Source: Phaeosaccion multiseriatum
Lineage: Eukaryota > Protista > Ochrophyta, other classes
NCBI GenBank assembly: GCA_965112735.1
Contig: OZ218965.1
Span: 744,001 to 808,000 of the forward strand
Length of the DNA stretch: 64,000 bases
Direction: 5' to 3'
Below the pieces are notes generated by a model. The model made no database searches. It was given only the letters and a program-made list of their open reading frames with translations, and was not told the DNA's origin. Below, piece after piece: positions 1 to 11,891 of this stretch (its first letter is position 1; each line of letters begins with the position of its first letter). A program made the translations under genes and the position numbers.

Positions 1-1987
1 GTGTGGGGGGCTTGCGCGCCGCCTTCCGGGGAAAGTCTGTAACCGCTTCGGGGAGTAACGCATTACCGCACTCCTCTACATCACACACCGTACATGTGCT
101 TCTACTGCTGCTGCTATCGTCATCGCTGTCCTCCTCCTCCTCCTTGTCGCCGTCCTCCTCGGCGTTTCCGTTAGAGGAGACCCCCCCTCCCTGCTCCTTC
201 TTGCTATTGTTCTTCTCTGTGCTGCTGCCGCCGTCGCTCACCAGCCGCAGCGCGAGGCAGTGCTCCTTGATGGGACAGGCCGAGCAGTTGGGACTCTTGA
301 CGGTGCACAGCGTGGCCCCAAGTTCCATGAGAGCCTGATTGAAGTCCCCTGTAAGCGGCAAGCGGAGCCGGAGCCGGGTGAACGGTCGTCAGTTGGTCAG
401 TCAGTCAGTCAGTCAGTCAGTCAGTCAATCAGTCTGTCTGTCTGTCAGTCAGTCAGTCAGTCAGTCAGTCAGTCAGTCAGTCAGTCAGTCAGTCAGTCTG
501 TCTGTCAGTGAGTCAGGCGGAGAGCGGCCGTCGCCAGACCACCAACACCACTTTGCTGCCGTGGCCGGATATACCGATACACTTATGATCGACGCTGCTC
601 ATCTCGATGTGTAGATAAACACCGAGGTCAATAAACTGAAACTGAAACCCGACCCAACCCACCCTGCCCCCACCTGGTCTCTGCTTGTCCACGAGGCTCC
701 TGGCCATCTCCCAACAGAGAGCATTGAGGTCTGACTGTTTGGGGTCCGAGCCCACGGCCCGGAGCCTGCTGAGTACTCGAATCACGTTACCGTCCACCAG
801 GGCCTCCACTTGTCCGAAGGCGATGGAGCTCACCGCGCCTTCACATACATCGCATAGAAGAGGGTACGGAGTGTTGATTGGGGAGTGGGGTGCGGTGATA
901 AGAATCAGAAACAGACGCTTCACTCACGAGCATTATTATGACAAGGTACATTGTGCCGAAGAAAAGTGAAGATGAAGTAAGTATTCCCTACCAGCGGTGT
1001 ACGCTCCAATGCCGGGTATTCTTTTGAGTTCGATCACGGTGGAAGGAAGCTTCCCCCCGAAGTCTGAAACGACCGTCTTGGCCCCGTTGTGCAGCATTTT
1101 GGCACGGCGGTAGTAGCCCAGACCGGCCCACATGGCATTCACGTCGTCTGCAGAGATGGAGAGAGAGAGAGACAGAGAGAGAGAGGGCGAGAGATAGGGA
1201 GAGAGGGAGGGAGAGAGGGAGAGAGCGAGAGAGAGAGTCAGAGGAGAGCGAGAGAGAAAGCGGCAGAATACGCTGAGAAAGGAGAGAAGTGAGGGAGAGA
1301 GGGAGAAAGCATGCACGCACGCACATACGCACCAAGCTCGGCCTCCGCCAGCGCCTGCACGGTGGGGAAACGCCTCATCCAGCGCTGAAAGTAGTCGATG
1401 ACCGTCTCCACACGGGTCTGCTGAAGCATAATCTCAGACACCCACGTCCCGTAAGGACTCCGGGGAATGGCAGCAGCAGTGTCGGCAGTGCTGCTGGTGC
1501 TGGTCATGGACAAGCCGGTTGCACCGACCTCTCCACTCTCCTCGTCGTCTATTTCTATAGCCATAGACTCCGTTTTTCCTGCAGCTGGCGGGCCGGGCTT
1601 GAAGAACGAGCTGATTCGGCCCTGCTGGGTATCCTTTGCCGCAGCTGCAATCACTGCAGCCGCCTTCCCCTTCTTCTTGCCCCCCCCTCCTGTTGCTGGT
1701 GCTGCTGCGGCTGCATCTTTGGCGGCTGCATCTTTGCTCCGCGTCCAGGGTGGGTCATCCCCTCGCCATGGAAGCTTCCGCCGCTCCTTGTCGTACCACT
1801 GGGTCAACTTGTGCCCAATCAAAGCCACCTCCTCTTCCGAAAAGGTGTGCAGCTCGGGCGAGTGTTTTAGGTACTCGCCCACTAAGCCGCTGTTCCGCCT
1901 CCCCACGGCCGGGCCCATAGTGAGAGAGAATGCTGAAGAGAATCTACCCCGCACACCTAAGGACAGCAGGACAATTGTAGCCCTCAT
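1..1987 (-). CDS. MUTYH: A/G-specific adenine DNA glycosylase MutY/MUTYH; multi-exon, 3' end runs off the window
   Basis: Exons 1987-1333, 1147-992, 838-674 and 348-<1 with GT-AG junctions splice in frame. They give [41 protein letters not shown], Hh[32 protein letters not shown] and [31 protein letters not shown] (4Fe-4S loop). Confidence 0.96.
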
Positions 1988-2249
1988 TCATTTTTTGAAA
2001 GAAGTAGACAAGGATAGAGCGGCTGCAAAGCTACAAGGCTACTCCATACATAATTGGAGGAGAGCGTAAGCTATATTCTCCGCAAGGGAGAAGAGGGACG
2101 AAGGAGTGGATGTATTGTTTTTTATTATCCTGAAGCCCTGAAGCACGAAATAAGCAATGGAACGGTTGGTCGTTCGCCGCCAAATGACAACTCTTCCTTC
2201 TCTGGCCCCTACAATTGTAAGCGCGCATTGGCCTCGTTGTTAGTCAACG
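1988..2249. promoter_or_regulatory. Probable bidirectional promoter between MUTYH and the plastid-targeted protein gene
   Basis: About 260 bp of relatively AT-rich sequence between two divergent ATGs (1987 on -, 2250 on +). Confidence 0.45.
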
Positions 2250-3656
2250 ATGAGGACGGCGCTTTTCATCGCCCCGGTCTTGTACGCCTCGCTGACCCCC
2301 GCCTCAGCATTCCTTTTCGGAGCCAGCTGCACGAGCAGCGGTAGAAGCAACACACGGGCCCCGAAACTCCCGACCACAGGACAGGGTTCAGGTTAGATGA
2401 AGGCAAAGAAAGAAATGGAGAGGGGGTTAGGGACAGGGCGTGATGAGAGGACGTGGTGGGGGGCGGGAGTGAAAGAGACTCTTCACTCCCCTTAGCAAGG
2501 GAGACAATGCTTGGTTCCAGCGCGGGTGGAGCCCTATGCTAGTTTGCGAACACACGTCCCTTTGACACCCACCGAAACACACCCACACGCACATACATGC
2601 ACTCACTCACAGGAACACCATGTCGCAGAGAGAGGTCAATGATCGTGGTCACCAACGTCCTCCCCCCCAAGTCCGACAAGGAAGGGTACGCAACTCCCGA
2701 GGATGAGATCAACATGCACCCGAACTATTGGGTGGACCCTGACTTCGAGGGCACAGCGCCACCAGGGCTGGCAGGAGAGGACTCTCCAGCGATTGCGATG
2801 ATGCACATGGATGTCGTGCATGACGCACACGGCTTCATTGAGCTCACGTACCATGACCCGTGGATGCCAGCAACCGCCTTCTACATGGATGCATTAGGTA
2901 GGGCAAGAGAGAGAGAGAGACAGGGACAGTAGGGAGGGAGGGAGGGAAAGAGAGAGGGAGGGGGGGGAGGCGGGAGAGGAGACACACACAGACACACGCG
3001 CATACCACATGAGAGAGAGGGCGAGAGTGATGAATCCGTTCCTGCTCTACCTGCTGTTCATCGCTGACCGCTCGCTCTCGTGTGTCGTATTGGGGTGACG
3101 CAGACGCTGAAGACGGTATCAACGACGGAACCTGGTCCGAAGATGAGGATCTGGATAAGGATATGAACGATGAGAGGGCCCTGATGGCCTTGGCAGAGGC
3201 CGAGGAAATGGACGATGGGGAAGAGGAAGTGCTCGTTGACGACACCCTCGAAGACGCTTTCGATGATGTGAGTAGTGAGTGAGTGTGTGTGTGAGAGTGA
3301 GTGAGTGAGTGTGAGAGAGAGTGTGTGGGTGGATGTGTCTGTTTGTCCAGCACACACGGGAGGAAGGCCTGCAGGAGGGTATCACACGTGCGGCGCACTG
3401 CCTTCCCGCCCCGCCTTGTCAGCCATCCCTCTCTCTCTCTGCTTACAGTGTGTGTTTTGTCTTTCTCTCCCTGCTTACAGTGTGTGTCAGCATCTCTTTC
3501 TCTCTCTGCTTACAGTGTGTGTTTTGTCGGAAGGGGGATGGGGTGAACGTCGCTTGTGGTGCTTTTCCCTTGTCTTATCGCCAACATGTGCATGTGCATC
3601 GTCTTTTCCTCTGCTCTGCGCGAAATGTACAGGAGGAGTTCCCGGTGCAGACATAG
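2250..3656 (+). CDS. Putative plastid-targeted acidic protein of unknown function (4 exons)
   Basis: ATG at 2250 gives MRTALFIAPVLYASLTPASAFLFG (signal peptide + ASAF motif). Exons 2250-2391, 2613-2897, 3104-3267 and 3633-3656 join in frame with canonical GT-AG sites and end EEFPVQT*. Confidence 0.75.
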
Positions 3657-4541
3657 GCGCAAAGCAGATGAGCAGGGGTCCAATTACGCCGTCTGGAGTG
3701 TGGCAGAGGGAGGCCCGAGCTCACTGGAAGACAAAGCAGTGCAAGAGCAAGGCATCTCCTCTCATGGGCTGGCCTTCCTTACCGACCGACTTACTAGTGG
3801 GGATACTTGCTCTGCGCTTCTGTGCTCTGCACGCTCTGGGAGAGAGGGGGGAGGATGGACTTGGGGACGGTGTACCTTCGTGCGTCTTCGTGAGCGCAAG
3901 AAGCGAAGCGCAAGAGCGAAGCGAGCCCCTCCCCAGCTCGAGTGCTCGTCCGTCCTCCTCACACACACGATTGATTTCTCACCGCTATGTATGTATGCAT
4001 CTGCCTTCCTTCCTTCCGCCGCAAACGCGAAGGAAGGGGGAAGGTGGCGGAGGAGGGGGAGGAGGAGGAGGAATGAAAGACATGCGACAGAAGCAAAGGA
4101 AGAAGTGGAGCAGCAGCAGTAGCGGCGCCTCTATAAATAGAGAGTGGAGAGGGGTGTGGGTCGGCAAGGCAACTAACTACCTGCCGTATACGCCTCGCCA
4201 CACTGCCGGCCGCCTCCCCACCCTCTCCATTTGAGCCCTTGAGGGTCGGGGGTCTGCATTGGATGGCCAAGCAAAGGCATCGGCACAGCCACAGCAGAGA
4301 CAACGGCGGGGTAACTCTCTCGGCAACTCTCTCCCTGTCTCGGCTCCTGTCTCTGTGTCCACCCCCCTGGGCTGGGCTCTGTCCAGCGGGGCGGCAAAGC
4401 TCTTTTTTTTTTACTTTCACTTCGTCTAAAGTATCAATAGGAAGAAGTGTGCTATTTAGAAAAAAGGTCTGGCCGCTACTGCGACTAGATAAGAGTGGCC
4501 GAGAGAGAGGGAGAGAAGAGGCAACTCTCTCTCCCCTCGCC

Positions 4542-7500
4542 TCAGTCGTGGCTGACGATGCTGTAAATCTTCCTCTCCCCTACCTTGTGCATTTCGAGTC
4601 TGCGCAAGTGCACGAGAGAGAGCAGCACCTTTTTGCTCTTGTCCCCCTGGGCGATGATCCCATTCACGTCCTCCTGAGGGGAGGGAGGAGGAGGAGGACG
4701 AGGGGGGGGGGCGGCGGGGAAGGGACAGGGAGAGACTGTTTCAGTTTCAGTTTCAGAACAGCTCCACACACACACACACACACACACAACCAAAGCAACA
4801 GCATTGTCGTTTTTGGAAAGAGCGCCGGCAGACGAGTCTTGCAGTTTCGTTTCCGTATTTGCTTGCACTTCACGGCATTGCATCCCGAAGGGGAAACCCG
4901 AAGGGGGAGGCTCGACACCGTGACCTCATTGTCAGACTCAGTTTCGTCGCCAGTCTCCCGCCCTGCCGTGTACAACCTTTCGTAAACACTTCGTACGCCT
5001 CTCGTAACCTCTCGTAACCTTTCGTAACTGACCTGCGAGAGGCGCCACTCCGCCTGTGAGTCCGCCTGCACAGCAAAGCCGTTGAGCTTCTCCACCGCCG
5101 AGTTGAGCAGCTCCTGCGACACCTGACATTGACATTGCCATGCCAAGTATGTCAGTGATTGATTGAGTCATGCCAAGTATGTCAGTGATTGATTGCGCAG
5201 CGGGGTGTGTGTGTGTGTGTGTGTGTGTTTGTAATGTGTCAGTGGGAGAGTGTTCGCACGCCTGTTATAAGCCCCCACCCGCGAGGAGCGACCACCTTGC
5301 CATTGATCGCACTTGACAAGCTCTAAACCTGGAACTGAAACTAAGCCAGCCTCTACCCCCTCTCCCCTCCCCTTCCCACGCCTAGAGCCCCAATGCCCTG
5401 CCGCTCGCCCAGCCCCCAATCGATCACTCGCACGCACCTGCATGGTGAGGAACTTCGGCGCTGCGGCGTACTCGGCGTCCTCGATGCGCGACAGAGGCCT
5501 TAGAGCTCTCTCCTCCTCCCTGCGTGCCCTCTCCTCCTCCTCGAGCTTGAGATTGGCTGTGCACTCTTCCAGCTCCTTCACAGAGAGAGAGAGAGGGAGG
5601 ACAGAAAAAAGGGATGGAGGAGAGAGACAGAGATAGAGGAGAGAGAAACAGAGAGGAGGAGGACGGGCGTAGAGGGCAGCAGCAGCAGCAGCAGAGGTTG
5701 GGAATGTTGCAGCAGGGCGTTTCGTACACTCAGCGAGAGACATGGGCACACCAAAGGCTGCCACCATCATCACCCCCCCCCCCCCCCCTCCATCTCTCCC
5801 CACTCTCTCCCTCTCTCTCTCCCTTCTGTGCCCCCCCCCCTCTCCTTCCTCTCTCTCAACCTTTTGTGCCCCCCTCCCCTCCCCTCTCACTCCTCTCACC
5901 TCCACTGTCATCATATCCCCTCCCCCCTTCGGTGGCGAGGGCATCCCAGGCGTCTTATCGGCGTCTTCCTCCCCGTCCGGGCCCTCATCCCCCGCCCCTC
6001 CTCCTCCTCCTCCTCCTCCTCCTCCTCCTCCTGCCCCCCCCATGCCCAGGGTTCGGTAGCCCCCCCCCCCCGGAGTGCTCATCGGGTGTGCGGTGGTGAC
6101 AGCTGCAGTAACCAACGAGCGAGGCACGAGCGGGAGGAGAGAGTAGGTAGGTCGGCAGGTCGGCAGGTCGGCAGGTGGGTAGACAGGTAGGTAGGTAGGT
6201 AGGCAGGTAGGCAGGTAGGTAGGCACGTGGGTAGGAAGAGAGGCGGCTAGGTAGGAAGGCAGATAGGTAGGTAGGTAGGCAGGTACGTGCGTAGGCAGGT
6301 AGGTGGTAGGTAGGTAGGTAGGTAGGTAGGTAGGTAGGGAGGTAGGTAGGTTGGGTGGTAGGAAGGTGTGTGGCGAACCACGGAAGACCAGTCATACGAC
6401 TGAAGAACGGAGGAGGCGACAAGGCGAGGCACTCTACTGAAAGAAATGACTCCTCCTCCTCCTCCTCCTCCTCCTCCTCCTCCTCCTCACCTTGAGCACC
6501 CTCGGAAACAACGCCCTCGTGCTGCTGCTGCTGCTGCTCGGACGACGGTGTGTCTGGCCCGAGCATGACGCTATCTTCGGCGGCATCATATCGGACGTTG
6601 GAGGCGCTGATGGGGCTCTCGCCCTCCCCAACGAAGCCCAAGCCTCCGCCTCGGACCCCTCCCCCCCTTGAAGCAAAGCAGCGGACGGCCATACGGACAG
6701 AGAGGGGCAAGGACAGACAGGGGTGGGGTGAGTGCAGCCATCAGAGTCATTAGTCCGGTGGTGGTGGTGGAGGAGGAGGAGGAGGAGGAGGAGGAGGAGG
6801 AGGAGCAGGAGGGTCCGGCAGTGTGCAGGAGGGAGGGGTGCAACTTGTGAGTAAAAGCGTACGGACGGGCAAAAAAGACGGAAGAGGGATGCCACACAGA
6901 GCCGCGAGGAAGAGATACATGTAGAAGAGACAAGACACAGGACAAACTCTTCCTAACCCTCTTCTTCCCTCTTCCTTCCCGCTTCCTTAGCCTCCTCTTC
7001 CCTCTTCCTTCCCTCTTTCTTACCCTCCGTGATCGACGGAGTAGTCCGCAGCGGCGGCACCGAAGCCGTGGCCGGGTGTGTCAGTGACAGCGGGCGGTCG
7101 AACGATGGGCAGAGCGGACCTCGAGGACGTAACCGAAGTAACCGGCAGCAACATAGGCTTGTGAAGGGGCGTCTTGATGCCCTGCGCCGCCGCCGCTACC
7201 ATCGCATTGGGGGTCCCTTCCAGGCTGGAGCCGCTCTCCAGGCTACTTCTCCCTCCGTAGGCGCTGTCGTCTTCCCGTCCTCCTCCTCCTCCCTCCCCCC
7301 CTCCCCCTTCCGCGCCTCCTCCTCGCCTGACGACCGTCTTTAGCCGAGCCGTCTTGAGCCCTCCGCCCATAATGCCTGGAGTGGGAGGATCCGAGTCGGC
7401 AGGGCTGCTGCCCAGTCCGTCTGCAGCACCGTGGCCCTGTCCTGAGGGCGTGGTGTTTCGTCCTTGCCCACTACCAGCGCCCTCCTCCTCCTCAACACCA

Positions 7501-8833
7501 CCAGAAGCAGCCTCACCGTCGCCTCCTCCTCCTCCTCCTCCTCCTCTCGTTGCGGTTCGAGGAGCGCCCCCCGGCCCCGGGAGGAGTTTTCTACCGGTGG
7601 TGGTGAGGAACGACCCCTCTGATCCACCTCCTACTTCCAACGCTTCTTCCTTGTGCAGGAGCGCTCGGGTACTCTGCGACATGCTCCAATCGGGCAGCTG
7701 AGGGGTGCGGGGCTCCTCCAGCAGCGACTCAGACAAAGATGGGGGCGGGGAGGAGCCCGCGAGGGGTTGGGGTCGCCTCTGCCCTTGCTGCTGCCTCTGC
7801 TGCTGCTCCTGTCTAGGCGACGATTGCGAGGTGGCGCTTGATGACGCCCCTGCTCCTCCCCCTTCGTCCTCCCCGCCTTCTGCGACCGCCCCCATGGCAA
7901 GGCCATTGGAAGTGTCATGGTCGCCCCCGTCATACTCCTCATCTTCGGCAGCCGCATCGGCGCTCGTCGCGTCTTCTTCCGCACTAATCATCGAGTCCAA
8001 GATGGAGCCCCCTTCCCCTTCTCCTCCCCCATCCTCGCCCTCCTCCTCCTCGTCGTCTCTCTTTCCCCCACTCCTCCCCTCTTCCTGCTGCTCTGCAGAG
8101 CTTGACAGCACAGAGGCGTCTCGCATGAGTGATGCGTCTATCAGCATGGACTGCTCTGCTCCCTCCTCCCCCCCCTGCTGCCCGACCTCCTGCTCCAAAC
8201 CACCACCACCCGCCTCCTCTCCCTGCCGCTCCTCTTCCTCCTCGTCCTCCTCCTCCTCAGCCTGCTGTCGCAGCTGACGCTGCTCCTCTTCCAGCCACTC
8301 CACCCTCTCAGCGGGCCGCTCATACCCATACGCCTCTAACCTCTCCTCCAGGTCTTGGAAGGCAGCAGCGTTGTACTCGCACAAGGCTTGGCATCTGTCC
8401 ACCGCGTGCCGGAGGAGACTTCCTTCGGGAGTGGTGAGCCACGGGGCCTCCATGCTGCTGACCAGAGAGTCGAGCCCGCGGATGTCTACCATCATGCCTT
8501 CAATCACTTGCTCGGCATTCGCGCCTGCAGCATAGGGGAAGTGTGTAGGCAGCCAGGAGAGGGAGAGACGGTTTGGAAATTAACGAGTGCCTCCAAAACA
8601 AATCCAAAACATATAGAGAAGGGGTGAGGGATATCGGTGAGGACAACATTGCCCCAACACTAAAAGGAAATGAGGCACTTACGATCGGCTCTTGATTGCC
8701 CCTTCGTTCGCTGTTCTTCCCCATCGGCATCCTTGTCCTGCTCGCTGAGCTCGGATCTGAGGGCCTTGGCTGTCTCATCCAGTCCCACAGAGAAGGAGCG
8801 AAACTGGGAAAGGAAGGATGAAGTGCTCGCCAT
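4542..8833 (-). CDS. SKA3: Spindle and kinetochore-associated protein 3 (SKA3)-like, multi-exon
   Basis: N-terminus [29 protein letters not shown]...[24 protein letters not shown] matches the SKA3 N-terminal coiled coil. A long acidic/TP-rich linker follows. C-terminal exons ([58 protein letters not shown]) resemble the plant-type SKA3 C-terminal domain. Exon 1 is 8833-8683 and exon 2 starts at 8524; middle exons are uncertain. Confidence 0.78.
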
Positions 8834-9155
8834 CGCAACCCCCTCGTCGGCCACAGAGCTAGAGCACTGAAGGCGCGTAAAATGGAGAGGGCTTGGCGGG
8901 GGAGTGGGATTTTTTTCGATGGCAGTGGATGACGAGCTCGACGCCTCGCCCGCTACTCAATCACGCTACGGCCAAGTGATAAAATCGCAAGGAAGAAGAA
9001 GACCTTTGACAGAAAATCCTCTTTCCTCCTGATACGTATGGCCTCCACTGAGTAGGGATGGGGCGGGGGGGGGAGATAGGATCCTCAGACTGAGAAGCAA
9101 ACAAGAGAGAGGGAAGAGAGGAAAAGGGATCATCGAAAAGGGGGGGAAGAAGGAG

Positions 9156-11853
9156 ATGGAAGAATCATCTTCGTCCCAGGGCAGCGGAGACAAGGAGCTT
9201 CTCGTCGAGACATTCAAGCGGGCATCATACTGCATCAAAGGGTCGGGAAAGGGGGATGCCGTGCTGATTTCGTCTCTCCATGGAGCTCTCGGAGAGGTGG
9301 ACACGGTGCTTGCAGAGATGGAGCAGGACTCAGAAGACGAAGACTCGATCCAAGAACTCCACAATGAGGCGCAGCGTTGGTACCAAGGCTTGTTTGTGGA
9401 TCTACTGCTGCGAAAAAAGCTGTGGGCCGTCCGACTCGTGTTCATGAACCACAGGCTGAACCCGCTGGTGCCGTTCTCTGACCCGCGTGGGAAGCTGAAG
9501 ACGCCTCTCGGAATGCTGGTGGGGCTGCTGTGCAGTATGGAGGATGAGCTCAACGGGTTAATTGTGGAGGTAGAGCTCGACGACAGCCCCAGTGTGGAGC
9601 CAGAGCTCAACAGCCTCAGCGACTTGTCAGAGCCCGGACGAGGCGCGCGGAAGAGACTGGAGGACGCGGAGAAGGACTTTTGGGAGCTGGCTTGCGCTCT
9701 GCGCTTGCTGCTGGACGAGCGACTGGCCTCCATCCACGTCGCCTACCCAGACGTCATCGAAGATGGCACGCCGCTTGTCTGGGAGATGGCAAGGCTGGGG
9801 GCCGCGCGAACGCTGATGGTGAGCAAGCGCAAAGCCGCCGGCGCGTCTCTGCGTGGCTGTGTCTGTTGGGCTGTTCCGCGATGCTTAGCGCTTGCCTCTC
9901 CATGTCCTTTGGGAATTCCTGTGCGTGTGTGAGTGTGTGTGTGTGTGTGTGTGTGCGAGCTGCGAGACCCTCCGGACCTCTCTCTCTCCGGCCCCTCTTG
10001 CTTCTCTTCCACGTCCTCCTCTTGACCTTATTGACCATACCCCCCTACTCCTCAGGTTCTGCTGGAGCACCGTGACTTGGAGGAGGGCCCTGTGACCATG
10101 AGTGGGCACCTCTCCAAGAGCGCGGACAACACATCGAGCGTAGTCGTAGGCATGGGGGAGCGTCTTGGCATTTTCGAGGCGCTTTCAAATCAAGTGCGTC
10201 CGATTGTCCACGTGGGAAGAAGCAGCTGGAACGGAGGAGGAGAAGACAAGGACGAGGAGGGGCAGGAGCAGCAGCAGCAGCAACCGCCGCCGCCAATGTC
10301 CACGGAAGAGAAGAAGGAGGACTGCATACAAAGGATGGAGCGACGTCGTGGGGAGGATGTGCTACGGCTTCTCGTGAAGGTGAGGCCCTCTGCCCCCCCT
10401 GCTCTTCTGTCCTGGTCGCAGTAGCCCTGGGATCATTCCACACTGCCGAGTCTTACCCCGAGTCTTTCGATCGCTCTCACTTCACTCGAATCTTCCCCCA
10501 AGTCTGTCGATCGCACTCACCTCCACGCGCTGCCTGCGGTGGGCATTCCGCGTTCTCCGTCAAGGATTCTTCCCGTGCTGCACCGCACCATCCTCACCCT
10601 CTTGCTTCTCCTGTCCTTGTGCTTGCTGATGTACGCTCTCATCTCTCTCTCTCTTGTCTCCCTCTCTACTCCTGCCGTCCTGGTGGGTGGGTTGGACGCC
10701 CCTTAGAAGGGGCAGTGGTCAGTAGATGACCCTCACATGGAGGCCCAACTGAGCCGTTATCTGAGCCCTGGAAACCTTCTGGGCGCCGCCATCCTGTGCA
10801 ATAATAGCAGACTCGTGTCCATCCTCCTCGAGTTGGGGGCATACGTGGAGCATGATTACTTCCCCGAACGCGGAAGGATGTTCTGGGACAGGATCCTACG
10901 CTCCGCCTTGTGCCCTTTGACCCTTGCTTGTAGCTGGGCCCATGTTAGCAGCGACATCGTGGATTGTTTACTCCGAGTGGGAGTGGGTGGCGGCAAGAGG
11001 GTTGGAGGCAGGCTGACGGGCCCTGACCCAGGCTCTGGACGCCCTGTTCGTCCTGGCGGGACGGAGGAGGCAACGGCGGGTAGTGGGGGGGAGGAAGAAG
11101 TGGGCTGTGGAGGGGAGGAGTGGAGTGTTGGCCTCGCTCAGTGCAACGAGAAGGAGGGGGTTGCCGCCGTCGTGCTCGAGGCGGCGCTTCGTATCCTCAA
11201 CGCTAAGGAGCGAAGAGGGCCCGTGCCAGCCGGGACCGTGACGGCCTGGGGAGGAGATTTGGAGGCAATGACCAAGGCAATGGCCGAGTCGCCTTTCAAA
11301 GACGCTGTGGCCGATGCTTGGAATGCCGCCGAGGAGCGGGAACGGGAGCGGGTGGCTGCCGCCGGAAAGGAGGGAGCAGCCCCCCTGGAGGATGGAGCAG
11401 ACCCGCTGGAGGCGTTGGACGAGGCTGTGTTTCAAAACCTCGAGGCCAAGGTCTTGCTGCTGCTGGAAGTCTCGCGAGGGCAGGTGAGTGGGGGGCGGGG
11501 GGACAGGTTCTATACCCACACACACGTACACAAGAGAGTGTATCAAAGAAGGAGGCTCGTACTGTACTGCTTCTTTCCTACTCCTTCTCACGCCTGAAGG
11601 AACTGTCGCAATCACGTGCACACACGCACGCACACGCAACAGAAGCGCTCTCCCTCTCCTCTGCTTATCTCGAAGGGGGCGGCTCGGCTCCCTCCTTGCA
11701 GCTGTCAGCTGTCTGTGCCCTCTCACTGCTTGGTCAGCCTTCTCTCCTCGACACCTTCACCTCGCTCTCTCGCAATTCACACACCGGGCCAGTCACTGCC
11801 GAGCTGTGACGTCGTTTCCTTCCCTTTTGCATTGTTGCGCTCGCGTCCTTCCT

Positions 11854-11891
<38 letters not shown>

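Noticed and set aside
3305-4234. 309-aa plus-strand ORF
   Set aside because: Spans an intron, the last exon and 3' region of the 2250 gene plus simple repeats; no coherent protein signal.
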